NCBI GenBank assembly: GCA_031960885.1
Contig: JAVRLY010000044.1
Location: 1 to 10,747, forward strand
Origin: Desulfurella sp.
GTDB lineage: Bacteria > Campylobacterota_A > Desulfurellia > Desulfurellales > Desulfurellaceae
DNA: 10,747 nucleotides
Direction: 5' to 3'
In this document: piece after piece, positions 7,555-10,747 of the stretch
How positions within the stretch are numbered: position 1 is the first letter of the stretch
How the letters are laid out: every line of letters starts with the position of its first letter
Notes under the pieces: generated by a model
The model's input: the letters and a program-made list of their open reading frames with translations, nothing else
The model's database searches: none
What the model was told of the DNA's origin: nothing
Program-made: the position numbers and the translations under genes

Positions 7555-8771
7555 AGTTTTTTCACCTCTTGTCTGATATTATTGTAAACTTTATCGTTTC
7601 CCATATTATTTAGAGTATCAGTAATTAATTGACCTATAATTTCAATTTGAGCCTCTTTCATGCCTCGTGTTGTTAGTGCAGGTGTGCCTATCCTTATGCC
7701 ACTTGCTACAAAAGGACTTCTGGTTTCACCAGGTACTGTATTCTTATTCACCGTTATACCAACGCTACCCAAAGCTTCTTCAGCCTCTTTACCTGTAATG
7801 TTTTTGTTAGTTAAATCTACAAGTATCATGTGATTGTCCGTTCCATCAGAAACTAGTTTAAAACCATTATCCATTAATACTTGTGCAAGCTTTTTAGCAT
7901 TTGCAATAACTTGCTTTTGATACTCAACAAATTCACTACTTAAAGCTTCCTTAAAGCATACGGCTTTTGCTGCAATTACATGCATTAGTGGTCCGCCTTG
8001 AATGCCTGGAAATATTGTTTTGTCTATTGATTTGCCAAAGAATTCTCGTGACATAATCATACCGCCTCTTGGCCCCCTAAGTGTCTTATGCGTAGTCGTA
8101 GTTACAAATTCGCAGTATGGAATTGGGCTTTGATGTAAGCTTGTAGCTACAAGCCCTGCAATATGTGCAATATCTGCCATAACATATGCTTCTACTCTAT
8201 CAGCAATCTCTCTAAATTTCTTAAAATCAATTTCACGAGGATACGCACTTGCGCCACATACAATTAATCTAGGCTTGAATTCATCAACTATCTGTGCAAC
8301 TTCATCATAATCGATTCTACCTGTTTCTGGGTTAACACCATAGCCAAATGTTAAATACAGTTTACCCGAAAAGTTAGCTTTAGAGCCGTGTGTTAAGTGA
8401 CCACCATTTGATAAATCCATACCGAGCACTCTGTCACCTGGCTGCAAAGCTGCCATATAAACAGCCATGTTAGCTTGAGAGCCAGAATGTGGTTGAACAT
8501 TTACATACTCACAATTAAATAGTTTTTTTGCCCTATCAATTGCCAGTTGTTCTGCAATATCAACAAATTCACATCCACCATAGTAGCGCTTACTAGGATA
8601 GCCTTCTGCATATTTGTTTGTAAGCACAGACCCCTGCGCTTCCAATACAGCTTTTGAGACAAAGTTTTCGCTTGCAATCATCTCAAGAGAAAAGTTTTGT
8701 CTTTGTTTTTCTTTTTCAATTGCCTCATAAAGTTCAATATCCACATTTTTTAAATAGTCTTTAAGATTCAT
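7527..8771 (-). CDS. glyA: Serine hydroxymethyltransferase
   Basis: Motifs [29 protein letters not shown], the PLP lysine motif [13 protein letters not shown] and SGIRIGTPA. Confidence 0.99.
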   Translation of the reverse strand: MNLKDYLKNVDIELYEAIEKEKQRQNFSLEMIASENFVSKAVLEAQGSVLTNKYAEGYPSKRYYGGCEFVDIAEQLAIDRAKKLFNCEYVNVQPHSGSQANMAVYMAALQPGDRVLGMDLSNGGHLTHGSKANFSGKLYLTFGYGVNPETGRIDYDEVAQIVDEFKPRLIVCGASAYPREIDFKKFREIADRVEAYVMADIAHIAGLVATSLHQSPIPYCEFVTTTTHKTLRGPRGGMIMSREFFGKSIDKTIFPGIQGGPLMHVIAAKAVCFKEALSSEFVEYQKQVIANAKKLAQVLMDNGFKLVSDGTDNHMILVDLTNKNITGKEAEEALGSVGITVNKNTVPGETRSPFVASGIRIGTPALTTRGMKEAQIEIIGQLITDTLNNMGNDKVYNNIRQEVKKLCEEFPLHY

Positions 8772-9203
8772 TTAAACACCTTCTGTATCGATTTTATTTA
8801 CACGTCTTTGATGCCTTCCGCCCTCAAAAGATGTGTTTAAAAAAATATATACCATTTGCTTTGCAATCTCAACCCCTGTTGTCCTCCCTCCAAAAGCCAA
8901 AATGTTTGCATTATTGTGCTTTCGTGCAAATTCAGCTGTATATGCATCATGGCAAAGTGCACATCTAACATTATTAAAACGGTTTGCTGTAATACTCATA
9001 CCAATACCAGTTCCGCAAATTAATATACCATAATTATCGCTATTTTGAATCTTTTTTGCAACTTTTTTTGCAAAATCCGGGTAATCAACAGAATCTTCAC
9101 TAAACGTTCCAATATCTTCTACAGCATAATTCAATCCTGACAAATACTCTTTTATAATCTCTTTCATTGCAAATCCAGCATGATCCGAACCAATAATTAT
9201 CAT
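8772..9203 (-). CDS. rpiB: Ribose 5-phosphate isomerase B
   Basis: Motifs GSDHAG, DYPD, CGTGIG, HNNAN and FEGGRH. The rpiB-glyA order is a common arrangement. Confidence 0.98.
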   Translation of the reverse strand: MIIIGSDHAGFAMKEIIKEYLSGLNYAVEDIGTFSEDSVDYPDFAKKVAKKIQNSDNYGILICGTGIGMSITANRFNNVRCALCHDAYTAEFARKHNNANILAFGGRTTGVEIAKQMVYIFLNTSFEGGRHQRRVNKIDTEGV

Positions 9204-10462
9204 ACGCTTGCTACCTCCAATGCATGTTTAGTATAAATTTTATCTGATATGCTTTTTAAAAGATTTTGTAAGTTATCAATTTTTGTACTATTAACAATGT
9301 AAAATTTTTTATTGTATGTTTTAAAAACAAAGTATGGCCCTGTATTTACAATATTATCTGTGGCAACTATAATATCTATATTTTTTTTTACCAAATACAA
9401 AGCTATTTCAATACCTTTTTTTTCTTTGAGTTCAATAAAATGATTTTCAATTTCTTGCGTATTTAAAATCTTTTGCCTAGACAAATCATAATCTATAACC
9501 AAAAATGAAATACTATTGCTAAAATCATCAGATATCTCGTTATTTTTATTTAAAGGAATGCAAATTTTGATATCTTTTTTTTCTATTGGCTCATAGTGAA
9601 CAATTACATTATCAACATTTGGGAATTTTTTATATATTGTAGATTCTATATCGCTTGATAACTTATGAGCATCTTCAAAACTTGCTATATCAAACTTGAC
9701 AACTATTTCCAAAAGCATAAATCGTCCACTCTTTCTGCCCTTAATTGATACAATTTCATTTACATGGTCAAATTTAGAAATTTCTTGTCTAATTGCATCA
9801 ATTGTCTGTTTGTCGATATTTATATCAAGCAAAGCCAGTGTTGAATTTTTAAGCAATTCAAAACCAGAATGAAGTATCATAACAATTATTATAATAGCCA
9901 CATATCTATCTATATTTAAACCGTATATTGAAAATACTATACTGCAAATAATTATAAAAATTGAAAACAAATCGCTTTTTATATGTTCAGCATCCGAAAC
10001 AATACCACTTGAAGAATATTTTATGCCTACCTTTTTCTCATATCTGCTATATAAAAACATCAACACAACAATTACAAATAGTATTGAAGCAGTTATAATT
10101 TGCTTGGCAATACTAACATGCAAACCATCGTGTTTTTCAAATAAACTATAGCCTATTTCAAATGCCGTTAGTATTATTAGCAAAGATACTAAGCTTGATG
10201 CTATGTTTTCAAGTTTATAAAGTCCAAAAGGAAATTTCTCGCTTTTTATATAAGAAAAATAAATAGCACTAAATACAATCACGCTTGATAACACATCTAA
10301 GCCTGAATGAAGCGCATCTGCTTGCAAAGCAATGTTGCCTATCCATTTACCAAGCACGTATTTTATTATCGTTAATGCTAAATTTATAAATGTTGATAAT
10401 ATTAGCAGTCTATTTATGATTTTTTTTGATTCTTTCTTATAATCGGATAAAGCTTCATTCAT
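9200..10462 (-). CDS. Cation diffusion facilitator transporter with C-terminal NifB/NifX-like domain
   Basis: ALQADALHSGLD (TM2 HxxxD), FPFGLYKLE, DAEHIKSD (TM5 HxxxD) and dimerisation domain RKSG...AH...VIVHYEP. An extra ~125-aa C-terminal domain begins KICIP. Confidence 0.92.
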   Translation of the reverse strand: MNEALSDYKKESKKIINRLLILSTFINLALTIIKYVLGKWIGNIALQADALHSGLDVLSSVIVFSAIYFSYIKSEKFPFGLYKLENIASSLVSLLIILTAFEIGYSLFEKHDGLHVSIAKQIITASILFVIVVLMFLYSRYEKKVGIKYSSSGIVSDAEHIKSDLFSIFIIICSIVFSIYGLNIDRYVAIIIIVMILHSGFELLKNSTLALLDINIDKQTIDAIRQEISKFDHVNEIVSIKGRKSGRFMLLEIVVKFDIASFEDAHKLSSDIESTIYKKFPNVDNVIVHYEPIEKKDIKICIPLNKNNEISDDFSNSISFLVIDYDLSRQKILNTQEIENHFIELKEKKGIEIALYLVKKNIDIIVATDNIVNTGPYFVFKTYNKKFYIVNSTKIDNLQNLLKSISDKIYTKHALEVASV

Positions 10463-10464
10463 TG

Positions 10465-10746
10465 CTACTTCCTTGCACTTATAAATTCTTTACCACCAAA
10501 CGTTTTATAATAAGCCTTTTTCTCTTGTATTAATGTTGAAATGATTGCATCAATATCTTTTTCGTTTGTATCAAAAACATTTGCCAACTCTTTAGCTGAG
10601 CATGGCCTTATGCTTATCATCTTTATAATAGACTTTTCCAAGAATTCTTTAAAATCTATATTTTTATCTGAAAAAGGTTTTATAAGCTCTACATTGTAAT
10701 CTTTTAAAGCCATGTAGATATCAATGAGTTCTTCGTTTGAGAGTCT
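10465..10746 (-). CDS. C-terminal part of a gene truncated by the window edge, probably a radical SAM protein (COG0731-like) with a winged-helix-like tail
   Basis: The frame stays open upstream of ATG 10713 to the edge (RLSNEELIDIYM). IIKMISIRPCSAKEL resembles the RRP-type C-terminal motif I recall from this family. The CxxxCxxC motif is not in the window. Confidence 0.55.
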   Translation of the reverse strand, partial: RLSNEELIDIYMALKDYNVELIKPFSDKNIDFKEFLEKSIIKMISIRPCSAKELANVFDTNEKDIDAIISTLIQEKKAYYKTFGGKEFISARK

Positions 10747-10747
10747 A

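Noticed and set aside
2999..9033. Short plus-strand ORFs 2999-3286, 3745-3969, 5203-5433, 5957-6172, 6885-7124 and 8833-9033
   Set aside because: All are shadows of well-supported minus-strand genes and show no motifs.
10465..10713. Stand-alone 82-aa protein as given by the ORF track
   Set aside because: The frame stays open to the window edge, so this is most likely the tail of a longer gene.

Overview
Very AT-rich bacterial DNA, roughly 30% GC by eye. Protein style suggests a Desulfurella/Campylobacterota-like organism (inference only). The right ~7.7 kb is one tightly packed minus-strand housekeeping operon: partial radical SAM-like gene, CDF metal transporter, rpiB, glyA, TPR protein, cytoplasmic PAS histidine kinase, plsC-like acyltransferase and rlpA. 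The left ~3 kb is accessory. It holds an in-frame chimera of a RhuM/Fic N-terminal fragment and an IS3 transposase fragment, nested inverted repeats, two divergent Q/N-rich hypothetical genes and a TagB/TagF-family glycerophosphotransferase. The most notable observation is a perfect 17-bp inverted repeat (389-405/923-939) lying exactly 26 nt from each end of the Q/N/His-rich gene 432-896, suggesting a 5'-3' mRNA panhandle or an invertible cassette. Second, the TPR gene probably starts at a non-canonical CTG (7554) inside glyA, which restores a signal peptide the ORF track missed.
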